From: a virus
Virus record (IMG/VR): IMGVR_UViG_3300045988_127339
Coordinates: 1-43,168 of that record
DNA length: 43,168 bases
Reading direction: 5' to 3' (one strand)
Positions 1 through 7,117 of the stretch are shown here, in pieces; the stretch's first letter is position 1, and every line of letters begins with the position of its first letter. The translations under genes and the position numbers were made by a program. Under the pieces are notes generated by a model. The model was not told the DNA's origin. It did no database searches and saw only the letters and a list, made by a program, of their open reading frames with translations.

Positions 1-24
1 TTGGTGCGAGGGAGGGGATTTGAA
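1..24 (-). repeat. attL core: duplicated 3' fragment of a tRNA (remnant copy)
   Basis: TTGGTGCGAGGGAGGGGATTTGAA is identical to 43145-43168. Its reverse complement reads TTCAAATCCCCTCCCTCGCACCAA, which is T-loop, T-stem, acceptor, discriminator and CCA. The sequence at 25 onward does not continue a tRNA fold. Confidence 0.85.
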
Positions 25-78
25 GCCCTGTTTCTCAACGTGGCATCGATTGATTTCAGGAAATCGACTACAAAGTGA

Positions 79-1266
79 CTACAGGCCCGGCGTCCCGGAG
101 CTTTTGCCGGTCACATAGGCGTCCAGCTGGGCGGTGAAGCGTTGGTTCTCGCTCTCCCGGATGTGCTGGTACACCCGCCGGGTGGTGGTGATGTCCGCAT
201 GGCCCAGAAGGTGCTGGGCCACCATATCCGGCACCCCGGCATAGAACAGGTTGGTGGCAAACAGATGTCGGAACTGGTGGGCCGTGACCACCGGCTTATA
301 GACGGTGCGCTTTACCCGCCGGGCGGGGCGGGTCGCTGTGGCCGGGATCTCCGTCTCCCGGATGTAGGTCTCGCACAGGCCAAGGCCCCGGCAGTAGAGC
401 ATCCACTGGTGGGCATACCGGGTCTCGGTCAGCGGGGCATCGGTGCCCGACAGCACATAGTCCTCGGGAGCGTGGATGGCCTTGCGCAGGGCCAGCAGGG
501 GCCGCAGCGGGGTCAGGATGGGGATGGCCCGGTAGGCCTTTTCCGTTTTCAGCAGCTCTTTATAGGGCTGGTTCCTGTCCCACGGCATGGCCTGCACCGG
601 GGTGATCGTACCAGCATCGAGATCTACGTCCTTCCACTGCAGGCCGTTGGCCTCACCCATCCGCAGGCCGGTGTACTCAAACAGCCACGCCCAGAAGCCG
701 CAGCCCTCGGGATGGGCGTTGATGATGTCCCGCTGCTTCTGGGTGGGCTCTTCCCTGCCGCCCTCCCTCAGCCCCGAGGGCAGCTTTGCCAGCAGCACCG
801 GGTTGCGGGAGCCGTGATAGTTGGTACACCAATAGGTAAACACGCAGGACAGCACGCTCTTGGCGTTTTTCACCGTGTGCTTGCTGTACCCGGCGGCCTT
901 CATGGTCTCCAGATAAGTATACACCGCCTGAGTGTCGATGTCCTCCATGGCGGTGTCCCCAAAATGCTCCTGCGCCGGGTGAATCCGCTTTTTGTAGGCG
1001 TTCACCGTCCCCCGGCGCACCGGCGAGCCCCGGCCCAACTTTTCGATATAGCCCTCATACGCCTCCGACACCTCCCGGAAGGTGTGCCGGGCCTGCAGCT
1101 CCCCCGAGCAGGCCAGCGCCTGAGCCACCACCGCCTGCTGGTACTTCTGCTCTGCCTCGGCCTTTGTGCGGCCGTAAAATACCGTGGCCCGCTCCAGCCC
1201 CCGGGACCGGTGGATCTGCACCCGGCCATCTGCCCGGGCGCCCTTCTTCTTTTTTGTCGTTCCCAT
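79..1266 (-). CDS. int: Tyrosine recombinase / phage integrase
   Basis: The C-terminus carries HQFRHLFATNL...LLGHADITTTRRVYQH (the R..HxxR..Y catalytic signature). I chose the ATG at 1266 (MGTTKKKKGARADGR) because a GGAGG lies 8 nt upstream, so the 438-aa track ORF is probably over-extended. Confidence 0.9.
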   Translation of the reverse strand: MGTTKKKKGARADGRVQIHRSRGLERATVFYGRTKAEAEQKYQQAVVAQALACSGELQARHTFREVSEAYEGYIEKLGRGSPVRRGTVNAYKKRIHPAQEHFGDTAMEDIDTQAVYTYLETMKAAGYSKHTVKNAKSVLSCVFTYWCTNYHGSRNPVLLAKLPSGLREGGREEPTQKQRDIINAHPEGCGFWAWLFEYTGLRMGEANGLQWKDVDLDAGTITPVQAMPWDRNQPYKELLKTEKAYRAIPILTPLRPLLALRKAIHAPEDYVLSGTDAPLTETRYAHQWMLYCRGLGLCETYIRETEIPATATRPARRVKRTVYKPVVTAHQFRHLFATNLFYAGVPDMVAQHLLGHADITTTRRVYQHIRESENQRFTAQLDAYVTGKSSGTPGL

Positions 1267-1410
1267 ATTTTTACTACCTCCATCAGGGTACACTTTGACA
1301 AGCCTGCCCGATGGTGGTACAATACAGTCGTGTAGCTCTGTGTTGTACCGCCATCCGGTAAGCCAGTCTATCAAAACGCTTCGGTGCGCCAACACCGGGG
1401 CGTTTTTTTT

Positions 1411-1640
1411 TGTCTACAAAGACCTCTTTCAGGCGACTACAAACCTGCGCAACGCTTGTAGTCAGAAAAAAGGTGAGTGTTCATGCGGGTTTTTTGGGTT
1501 TTGTCTACGTTGTCTACCATAATCCTTATACAGACCCTGAATAGAAGAAAATAAGAATATACACGCGTATATATAGCCTTATAGCCTTCCCGTGAGGGAT
1601 TTATAGGGATTGACGTAGTTTTGTAGTCCTGTAGTCAGAA
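1411..1640. repeat. CTACA-heptamer cluster plus copy A of a roughly 185-bp duplicated non-coding module (1457-1638)
   Basis: GTCTACA/GACTACA sites occur at 1412, 1435, 1503 and 1512, and TGTAGTC at 1457, 1622 and 1630. The blocks TGTAGTCAGAAAAAAGGTGAGTGTTCATGCGGGTTTTTTGGGTTTTGTCTACGTTGTCTAC and CGTGAGGGATTTATAGGGATTGACGTAGTTTTGTAGTCCTGTAGTCAG are about 90% identical to 12597-12781. Confidence 0.85.
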
Positions 1641-2480
1641 CACCTTCCGGCACTCCACCACGAGGCCGAGCACCCGGACGGGTATCTTTTTCAGGTCGTA
1701 GACTTGCGGCTGGTGGACAGGGTTGAAGCTCTTGGGTGTCAGAATGACCAAATCCCCCTCCCGGCGGAAGTACTTCACGGTAGCCTCGTCGCCGTTAACC
1801 AGCACAACGGCCAGTTGGCCGTTCTCCACTTCGGGCTGTTCTCGCACGAGGATCTGGTCGCCCTCGGCGATGCCTACGGCGTTCATGCTATCGCCCCGGA
1901 CGGTGAGCCAGAAGTATCTCGCCCCGTCGGTCTGCCGGATGGGCAGATAGTCCTCGATGTTCTCCTCTGCGTACATTGGCAGGCCTGCCCGGACAGTGCC
2001 CAGCAGAGGGGCGACCTTTGTCGGGTCGTAGGGTATAGCGCCCGCTTTCTTTGCCCAGTCGTTGCTCTCGTGGTTTTTCACCACGGGAGCATTTTTATTT
2101 TCAGCTTCTTCGTCCTCTTCATACCGCGTATCCCGAGCATCTTTTTCCAGATCCTCTTGAAATCCCACCCAATCCTCCCACGCTGCCGAGACATCCTCGT
2201 GGTGCTTCTTCATCAAATAATCCCACTGCGGCCCATAAACGGTAGCGAGCCGGGCATCCGGATCAGCATCCCAGTCGTACGGATCGTCTGTTTCGTCCAT
2301 AAGGTAGTCCAATGACACGTTGAAGTAATCGGCAATCTTTTTTAGTTGGTCAATCTTTGGAGTGCGGCCTAGTTTTTTCCATGTGGTGACTGCACTTTTG
2401 CTAATCCCCATCTCAACGGCCGCAGTCGAGGGGGCCTTTCCCCGGTCCTTACACAAGCGACAGTATCGTTCATAAAACAT
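1635..2480 (-). CDS. CI/LexA-like phage repressor (N-terminal XRE HTH, C-terminal S24 peptidase)
   Basis: The N-terminus GKAPSTAAVEMGISKSAVTTWKKLGRTP is an HTH. The C-terminus GDSMNAVGIAEGDQILVRE...ATVKYF carries the S24 Ser/Lys signature. A GGAGGT RBS lies 5 nt upstream of the ATG. Confidence 0.9.
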   Translation of the reverse strand: MFYERYCRLCKDRGKAPSTAAVEMGISKSAVTTWKKLGRTPKIDQLKKIADYFNVSLDYLMDETDDPYDWDADPDARLATVYGPQWDYLMKKHHEDVSAAWEDWVGFQEDLEKDARDTRYEEDEEAENKNAPVVKNHESNDWAKKAGAIPYDPTKVAPLLGTVRAGLPMYAEENIEDYLPIRQTDGARYFWLTVRGDSMNAVGIAEGDQILVREQPEVENGQLAVVLVNGDEATVKYFRREGDLVILTPKSFNPVHQPQVYDLKKIPVRVLGLVVECRKVF

Positions 2481-2515
2481 AGTTTACCTCCGTGCACTTT
2501 GTGCAATTCGCTGAA

Positions 2516-2560
2516 GTTTACGAATGTGCACATTTTGCTCTTGCAATGTTTACGAACGTG
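2516..2560. promoter_or_regulatory. Candidate operator repeats GTTTACGAAYGTG (2516-2528, 2548-2560) in the immunity switch region
   Basis: A near-identical 13-mer occurs twice, 32 bp apart, and further GTTTAC half-sites occur at 2482, 2579 (GTTCAC) and 2632-2649 (TGTTTA-N6-TAAACA). The second copy lies between the -35 and -10 of the rightward promoter. Confidence 0.5.
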
Positions 2561-2569
2561 GAATATACT
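2541..2569 (+). promoter_or_regulatory. Candidate rightward early promoter TTGCAA-17-TATACT
   Basis: The hexamers are at 2541-2546 and 2564-2569 with a 17-nt spacer, upstream of the cro-like gene. Confidence 0.5.
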
Positions 2570-2618
2570 AGGCGCAGTGGTTCACGAAGATAAACATTGC
2601 TTACCTGTTGACACCATT

Positions 2619-2647
2619 AGTATAGCATATCTGTTTATTTTTGTAAA
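2619..2647 (-). promoter_or_regulatory. Candidate leftward (repressor) promoter TTTACA-17-TATACT
   Basis: On the minus strand, TTTACA (2647-2642) and TATACT (2624-2619) are separated by a 17-nt spacer. It faces the rightward promoter. Confidence 0.4.
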
Positions 2648-2677
2648 CATATTTCGCGCAGAAAGGAGTGTACAAAC

Positions 2678-2884
2678 ATGAACATCTCTTGGCAAGCAGA
2701 GGTATTTGCGCTGATGAAGGACAACAGCATCAGCCGCAATGACCTCGCCGAAGCCGCAGGCGTCACCCCTGAGTATGTCAGCATGGTGCTGAACAAGCGA
2801 CGCAACCCTGCAGGCGCGGAGAGCAACTTCCGCGCAGCCATTCAAAAATTACTTTATGAAAAGGAGAATACCAACAATGACTGA
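2678..2884 (+). CDS. Cro-like small HTH regulator
   Basis: The 68-aa product contains ISRNDLAEAAGVTPEYVSMVLNKRRNP (HTH). The gene is divergent from the repressor and has an AAAGGAG RBS. Confidence 0.75.
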   Translation: MNISWQAEVFALMKDNSISRNDLAEAAGVTPEYVSMVLNKRRNPAGAESNFRAAIQKLLYEKENTNND

Positions 2885-3674
2885 CATTCAGGTGTTCAAC
2901 AATCCCGAGTTCGGGAGCATCCGCAGCCTCGAGCAGAACGGCGAACCCTGGTTCGTCGGCAAAGACGTAGCCGAGGCGCTGGGCTACGGCAACCCCCAGA
3001 GAGCCATCCGTGACCATGTGGACGCCCTCGACAAGGGGGTGACCGAAATGGTCACCCCCGGCGGTAAGCAACAGATGCCCATCATCAATGAGAGCGGTCT
3101 CTACTCCCTGATTTTCAGCAGCAAGCTGGAAGGTGCACAGCGGTTCAAGCGCTGGGTCACCTCCGAGGTGCTGCCCAGCATCCGCAAACATGGCGCATAC
3201 ATCGCCGGACAGGAGCAGCTCACTAACGAGGAGTTGCTTGCAAAGGCTCTGGTGGTCACCCACAGGATTCTGGAGGAGCGGGACGCCCGGCTTGCTGCGC
3301 AGGATGCCCGCATTTCTGAGCTGACCGTCGCCAACCAGATTGCCGCACCCAAAGCGGAGTACTTCGACGAGCTGGTAGACCGTCGCCTGCTTACCAGCTT
3401 CCGGGATACGTCCAAGCAGCTCGAGGTGGGTGAAAAGGTGTTCATCGGCTTCTTGCTGGAGCATAAGTACATCTACCGGGACAAAAAGGGTCACCTGATG
3501 CCCTACGCCGACAAGAACGACGGTCTCTTCGAGGTGAAGGAAGGCGTCAACCGGAAAACTGCATGGGCGGGCACCCAGACGCTCATCACACCCAAAGGCC
3601 GAGAGACCTTCCGGTTGATGCTGCCTAAAATGCTGGCTACTGAGGCACAGAGGAAGCCTAAGAAGCGCAAGTAA
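2877..3674 (+). CDS. Phage antirepressor (BRO-N domain plus KilAC/ANT C-terminal domain)
   Basis: MTDIQVFNNPEFGSIRSLEQNGEPWFVGKDVAEALGY...SGLYSLIFSSKLEGAQRFKRWVTSEVLPSIRKHGAY is a BRO-N signature, and the C-terminus AAPKAEYFDELVD...FEVKE is KilAC-like. I chose the ATG at 2877 because of its AAGGAG RBS. Confidence 0.85.
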   Translation: MTDIQVFNNPEFGSIRSLEQNGEPWFVGKDVAEALGYGNPQRAIRDHVDALDKGVTEMVTPGGKQQMPIINESGLYSLIFSSKLEGAQRFKRWVTSEVLPSIRKHGAYIAGQEQLTNEELLAKALVVTHRILEERDARLAAQDARISELTVANQIAAPKAEYFDELVDRRLLTSFRDTSKQLEVGEKVFIGFLLEHKYIYRDKKGHLMPYADKNDGLFEVKEGVNRKTAWAGTQTLITPKGRETFRLMLPKMLATEAQRKPKKRK

Positions 3675-3689
3675 AGGAGTGACCCACCC

Positions 3690-3899
3690 ATGAAACGTCC
3701 GGAAGCATGGCATGACGCCTACAGAGCCATCTACGGCAACCTCGGCTGCATCCGCCTGACGGTGGAGCAGGCCGCCGCCCAGATGGGCACCACCGCGAAG
3801 CGCGTCACCCAGCAGTACCCGGACGGTTGGAGTGGGCAGGGCCGGGGCAAGACCATCCGGCTGGACACCCTGCTGGATCAGGAATTCAACTGTTACTGA
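3690..3899 (+). CDS. Hypothetical small protein with a possible HTH (LTVEQAAAQMGTTAKRVTQ)
   Basis: The ORF has an AAGGAG RBS and sits in the early operon. An excisionase-like role is only a guess. Confidence 0.55.
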   Translation: MKRPEAWHDAYRAIYGNLGCIRLTVEQAAAQMGTTAKRVTQQYPDGWSGQGRGKTIRLDTLLDQEFNCY

Positions 3900-3911
3900 G
3901 GAGGTACACCC

Positions 3912-4175
3912 ATGAAGAAGCATGATAACATCACCGTCACCATCACCGGTGGGGTGGCCCTGCTGGCCCTCATCGGGGCCGTCAAGGTGGCCCAGACCGC
4001 CTGCGCACTCATCGCCCTCGCACTGGCCCGCTGGGGCGGCTGGGATATGGCAGAGGCCGCTCAGATCGCCCCCGCCATCCTCGCAGCACTGGCGGGTGGG
4101 CTGGTGCTCACCAGCAAGGGCCTGCTCGAGGAGGACGACAGCTACACCGAAGAAGCGGAGCACCGGGACGTATGA
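3912..4175 (+). CDS. Small membrane protein (two predicted TM helices)
   Basis: It contains the hydrophobic stretches GGVALLALIGAVKVAQTACALIALALA and IAPAILAALAGGLVLT and has a GAGGAGG RBS. Confidence 0.6.
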   Translation: MKKHDNITVTITGGVALLALIGAVKVAQTACALIALALARWGGWDMAEAAQIAPAILAALAGGLVLTSKGLLEEDDSYTEEAEHRDV

Positions 4176-4384
4176 GCCGCCCCACCGTCGCATGGTACAC
4201 CATCTACCTCGCCGCCACCGACGAGATCGTGGCCTGCGGCACGGCTGAGGACTGCGTGCAGGCGCTGGGGTTGTCCAGCGTTCCTGTTTTCCGCAGCATC
4301 GTGAGCCACGCCCGGCACCAGCCGGAGCAATACCCGAGGTATGTGATCCTCACAGAACAAATCAAAAGGAGCGAACTACCATGA
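4172..4384 (+). CDS. Hypothetical protein
   Basis: It is translationally coupled on both sides (ATGA overlaps) and its codon usage matches its neighbours. Confidence 0.5.
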   Translation: MSRPTVAWYTIYLAATDEIVACGTAEDCVQALGLSSVPVFRSIVSHARHQPEQYPRYVILTEQIKRSELP

Positions 4385-5004
4385 AAACCATCAAGGTCAG
4401 ACTGACCTTCACCGAGCCGCTGCTGGGCACTTGGCCCGCAAATCAGAATGTGGCCCGGGAGTACATCGCCAGCAAATCCCCGGACGCTGCCACCATCGAG
4501 GACGAGGTAGCCGCGCTGGGCGCAGAGGCCGCAGCCGACAAGGCGATGACCGTGTTCCCCCGCAGCGCCGAGGGCCAGCCCATCCTCTACGATTACCAAG
4601 TTAAAGGCTTCTTCAAGGATGCCTGCGGGATGCTGGGCCGCATCGGCGGCAAGGACGAGAAGGGCAAGAAGCGGGCCATCAACGAGAGCGGGAAGCTCAC
4701 CGCCTACAAGAAGATCATCGACGGCCTCATCTTTGTCAGCCCCCGCCAGATCCCCCTGACGGTCATCGGCGAGATGAACGAGTGCCAGCGCCCTCTCCGC
4801 GCCCAGACGGCGCAGGGCGAGCGGGTGAGCCTCGCCAACAGCGAGCAGATCCCGGCGGGCAGCACCTGCGAGTTTGAGGTGCTCTGCATGGACGACGCCC
4901 ACGCGGCTGCGGTGATGGAGTGGCTGGACTACGGCCAGCTCCGGGGCCTCGGCCAATGGCGCAACTCCGGCAAGGGCCGGTTCCGCTACACCCTTCTGGG
5001 CTGA
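4381..5004 (+). CDS. Hypothetical protein with a C-terminal glycine-rich loop (GLGQWRNSGKGRF) reminiscent of RAMP proteins
   Basis: The 207-aa ORF has an AGGAG RBS. It starts with a beta-strand-like IKVRLTFTEPLLGT and ends with a GhGxxxxxGxG motif followed by a final strand. Confidence 0.6.
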   Translation: MKTIKVRLTFTEPLLGTWPANQNVAREYIASKSPDAATIEDEVAALGAEAAADKAMTVFPRSAEGQPILYDYQVKGFFKDACGMLGRIGGKDEKGKKRAINESGKLTAYKKIIDGLIFVSPRQIPLTVIGEMNECQRPLRAQTAQGERVSLANSEQIPAGSTCEFEVLCMDDAHAAAVMEWLDYGQLRGLGQWRNSGKGRFRYTLLG

Positions 5005-5405
5005 GTGCAAGGGCATTGCTCCGCTCCGCTTCGTTTGGCAACGGCTAGGCCCCGCGAAGCATAGCAATGGCTTTGCGTAGGACAGCCATGCTTTGACCCG
5101 CAAGGGCAATGGGAGGCATGGCACCGACTTGCAAAGGCAGAGGATAGTACAGCCACGGTCTGCGAGGGCATAGGAAGGCCCAGCTGCGCAGAGGCATAGG
5201 ACGGCACTGAATGGCAACGGCTTTGGATGGCAGGGCTTCGGTTTGCTAAGCTACGGCAAAGTCTGGCTTTGATAAGCACAGTACAGCAAAGGCAAAGCAC
5301 GCCATGGCCAAGCGTTGATACGCATTGCAAGGGCGAAGCTTTGCGAAGCGCAGCGAAGCATTGCGAAGGCACAGGACAGAACAGCTCCGAACTGCAAAGC
5401 ATAGA
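5005..5405 (+). repeat. Non-coding tract with at least 11 same-strand copies of a degenerate TGCRARGGCAWAG-like motif
   Basis: Copies start at 5006, 5054, 5099, 5130, 5161, 5185, 5285, 5326, 5342, 5362 and 5393. GGCAACGGCT also occurs twice (5037, 5213). The tract contains no ORF with an RBS. Confidence 0.75.
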
Positions 5406-5441
5406 TTCGATGGAATCTTTTTATAAAAGGAGCGATTTACA

Positions 5442-5957
5442 ATGACTTTCAATCTGAATCTTTACGGTGACTCCCCCGCCGAGCTGCGGGCGCTCATCAA
5501 CGCGCTGGCAGACCTGCCGGGTGGACTCACCATCGGACACACCCCCAGCGTTCCACACCCTGCGCAGCCCCAGAGCGAAGCTGTGACGCAGCCGGACAAG
5601 GCCAAGGCCCCGGCACCCGTCAAGCCCAAAAAGGCCGCGCAGAAGCCCGCAGCGGCCTCTGCGGAGGCGCAGGCAGACTCTAATTCGGCCGAAGCCCCGG
5701 CTTCTCCTGCGCAGGCGGATGCCGCACCCGCGTCCTCGACCACCTCGCCCGAACCCAAGGCTGACCCCGCCGTGCTGGACAAGATCCGCGACCTCGCCCG
5801 CAGCCTCATCGTACAGGGCAAGCGGGACGGCGTCCAGCAGGCCATCAAGAGCGCCGGAGCTGCCGCCATCTCCAAGCTGCCGCCGGAGAGCTACACCGCA
5901 GTGTGGGAGCAGCTGCTCAAGCTGAAAGACGAGGTGGACGCAGATGCCGCCGGTTAA
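5442..5957 (+). CDS. Hypothetical protein with a Pro/Ala-rich low-complexity linker
   Basis: The 171-aa ORF has an AAGGAG RBS. A short N-terminal domain and a helical C-terminal domain are joined by a roughly 80-aa PAPVKPKKAAQKPAAASAE-type linker. Confidence 0.7.
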   Translation: MTFNLNLYGDSPAELRALINALADLPGGLTIGHTPSVPHPAQPQSEAVTQPDKAKAPAPVKPKKAAQKPAAASAEAQADSNSAEAPASPAQADAAPASSTTSPEPKADPAVLDKIRDLARSLIVQGKRDGVQQAIKSAGAAAISKLPPESYTAVWEQLLKLKDEVDADAAG

Positions 5958-7116
5958 ACACGCCCTGCTGGGCGCGTCCAGCGCGGCCCGGTGGCTGGCC
6001 TGCCCCGCTTCGGCCCGGGCCACCGAGGGTCTGCCGGACGACGAGACCCAGTACACCGCAGAGGGTACCCGGGCGCACGAGGTGTGCGAAGCTCATCTGC
6101 GGCATTGTCTGAAGTACTGGGAAGCCGGGCGGGTAGCTCCTATTCTCGGTGAATCTATTCGTCTGGACGGTCAGCCCGATGATCCAGCTGAAATGGTGCG
6201 CGCCGCAAACCTTTATGCGAACTTTCTCCACGAGCTGTGGGTCGGCTTTCCCCGCCGCCCGGGCGTCTTCATCGAGCAGGAGGTAGACGTCAGCGAGTGG
6301 GTACCCGGCGGCTTCGGCACCTGCGACTGTCTGCTCATCGGCGGAGGACTGCTCCACATCGTAGACTTCAAGTACGGACAGGGCGTTCCGGTCAGCCCGG
6401 TGCACAACCCGCAGCTGATGTACTACGCCCTCGGGGCTTACGCCCTTTTCCGGGACATCGACGACATCGACACCGTCTGCATGAGCATCGTGCAGCCCCG
6501 CATCCAGACCGAGCCGGAGACATGGCAGCTGCCCCTCGCCGACCTTCTGAGCTGGGCCAGAGAGGTGCTGCGGCCCGGGGCCGAGATGGCGTGGAAGGGC
6601 GAGGGTGGCTTCTGCCCCGGCGACCACTGTAAGAAGACCTTCTGCAAGGCTTACCCCAACTGCCGGGCATGGCAGGATAAATACGGCCCACTGGCCGGGT
6701 TTGACCCGCTGCCGGAGGCCGCTACACTGAGCGACGAGGAGCTGGGCGGATGGCTGGCCAAGGTGCAGGGCCTCGCCGCCTACGCCAAGGATCTCGAGGA
6801 CTACGCCCACGACGCCCTTCTGGCCGGGCGCAGCCTGCCCGGCTGGAAGCTGGTGCAGGGCCGCAGCACCCGCAAATGGACCAATCAGGACGCGGCCTTC
6901 CAGCGGATGGAGCGCAGCGGCATCGACGAGGCCCTGCTGTACACCCGCACCCCCGTCTCCCTGACCGTGGCCGAGAAGATGATCGGCAAGAAGAAGTTCG
7001 CCGAGTTGATGTCGGCCTTTATCACCAAAGCCCCGGGAGCACCCAAACTGGCCGCCGCCGGCGACCCCCGCCCGGAGTACAACGCATTAGAGGGCTTCAC
7101 GCCCGAGGAGGACTAG
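5944..7116 (+). CDS. PD-(D/E)XK nuclease, Cas4/DUF2800-like
   Basis: The nuclease core is GTCDCLLIGGGLLHIVDFKYGQG (D...D-x-K). An N-terminal Cys (WLACPAS) plus the C-terminal cluster FCPGDHCKKTFCKAYPNC fits the Cas4/AddB-type Fe-S pattern. Confidence 0.8.
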   Translation: MPPVKHALLGASSAARWLACPASARATEGLPDDETQYTAEGTRAHEVCEAHLRHCLKYWEAGRVAPILGESIRLDGQPDDPAEMVRAANLYANFLHELWVGFPRRPGVFIEQEVDVSEWVPGGFGTCDCLLIGGGLLHIVDFKYGQGVPVSPVHNPQLMYYALGAYALFRDIDDIDTVCMSIVQPRIQTEPETWQLPLADLLSWAREVLRPGAEMAWKGEGGFCPGDHCKKTFCKAYPNCRAWQDKYGPLAGFDPLPEAATLSDEELGGWLAKVQGLAAYAKDLEDYAHDALLAGRSLPGWKLVQGRSTRKWTNQDAAFQRMERSGIDEALLYTRTPVSLTVAEKMIGKKKFAELMSAFITKAPGAPKLAAAGDPRPEYNALEGFTPEED

Positions 7117-7117
7117 T

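Noticed and set aside
1-78. A complete tRNA gene at the left end.
   Set aside because: Only the 24-nt 3' fragment matches a tRNA. The sequence from 25 onward cannot complete a T-stem or the rest of a cloverleaf. This is the duplicated att remnant, and the intact gene lies beyond the right edge.
1184-1522. ORFs running through the duplicated modules (1184-1522 and 12454-12660), both ending in ...FCLRCL.
   Set aside because: The shared peptide ending reflects the nucleotide repeat. Upstream, the two ORFs are unrelated and overlap int or non-coding DNA, and neither has an RBS.
2778-4193. Very long antisense ORFs opposite well-supported genes. Examples are 2778-4193(-), 10103-12079(-), 13150-14580(-), 17583-18872(-), 19457-20803(-), 20971-22443(-), 26865-28202(-), 33368-34885(-) and 38646-41372(-).
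   Set aside because: These are typical shadow ORFs of high-GC DNA. Their translations are low-complexity and rich in Gly, Ala, Arg, Pro and Leu. They lack RBSs and family motifs, whereas the opposite strand carries clear motifs and coupled RBS-start arrangements.
4986-5402. A 138-aa Cys-rich minus-strand ORF and a 72-aa plus-strand ORF (5227-5445) across the repeat tract.
   Set aside because: The Cys/Ser/Ala-rich sequence is simply the TGCRARGGCA repeat read in frame. Neither ORF has an RBS, and both run through a region that behaves as a nucleotide-level repeat.
5005-5441. Possible CRISPR array.
   Set aside because: The repeats are only about 13 nt, degenerate and irregularly spaced, with no unique spacers of constant length. 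No leader and no cas genes are present.
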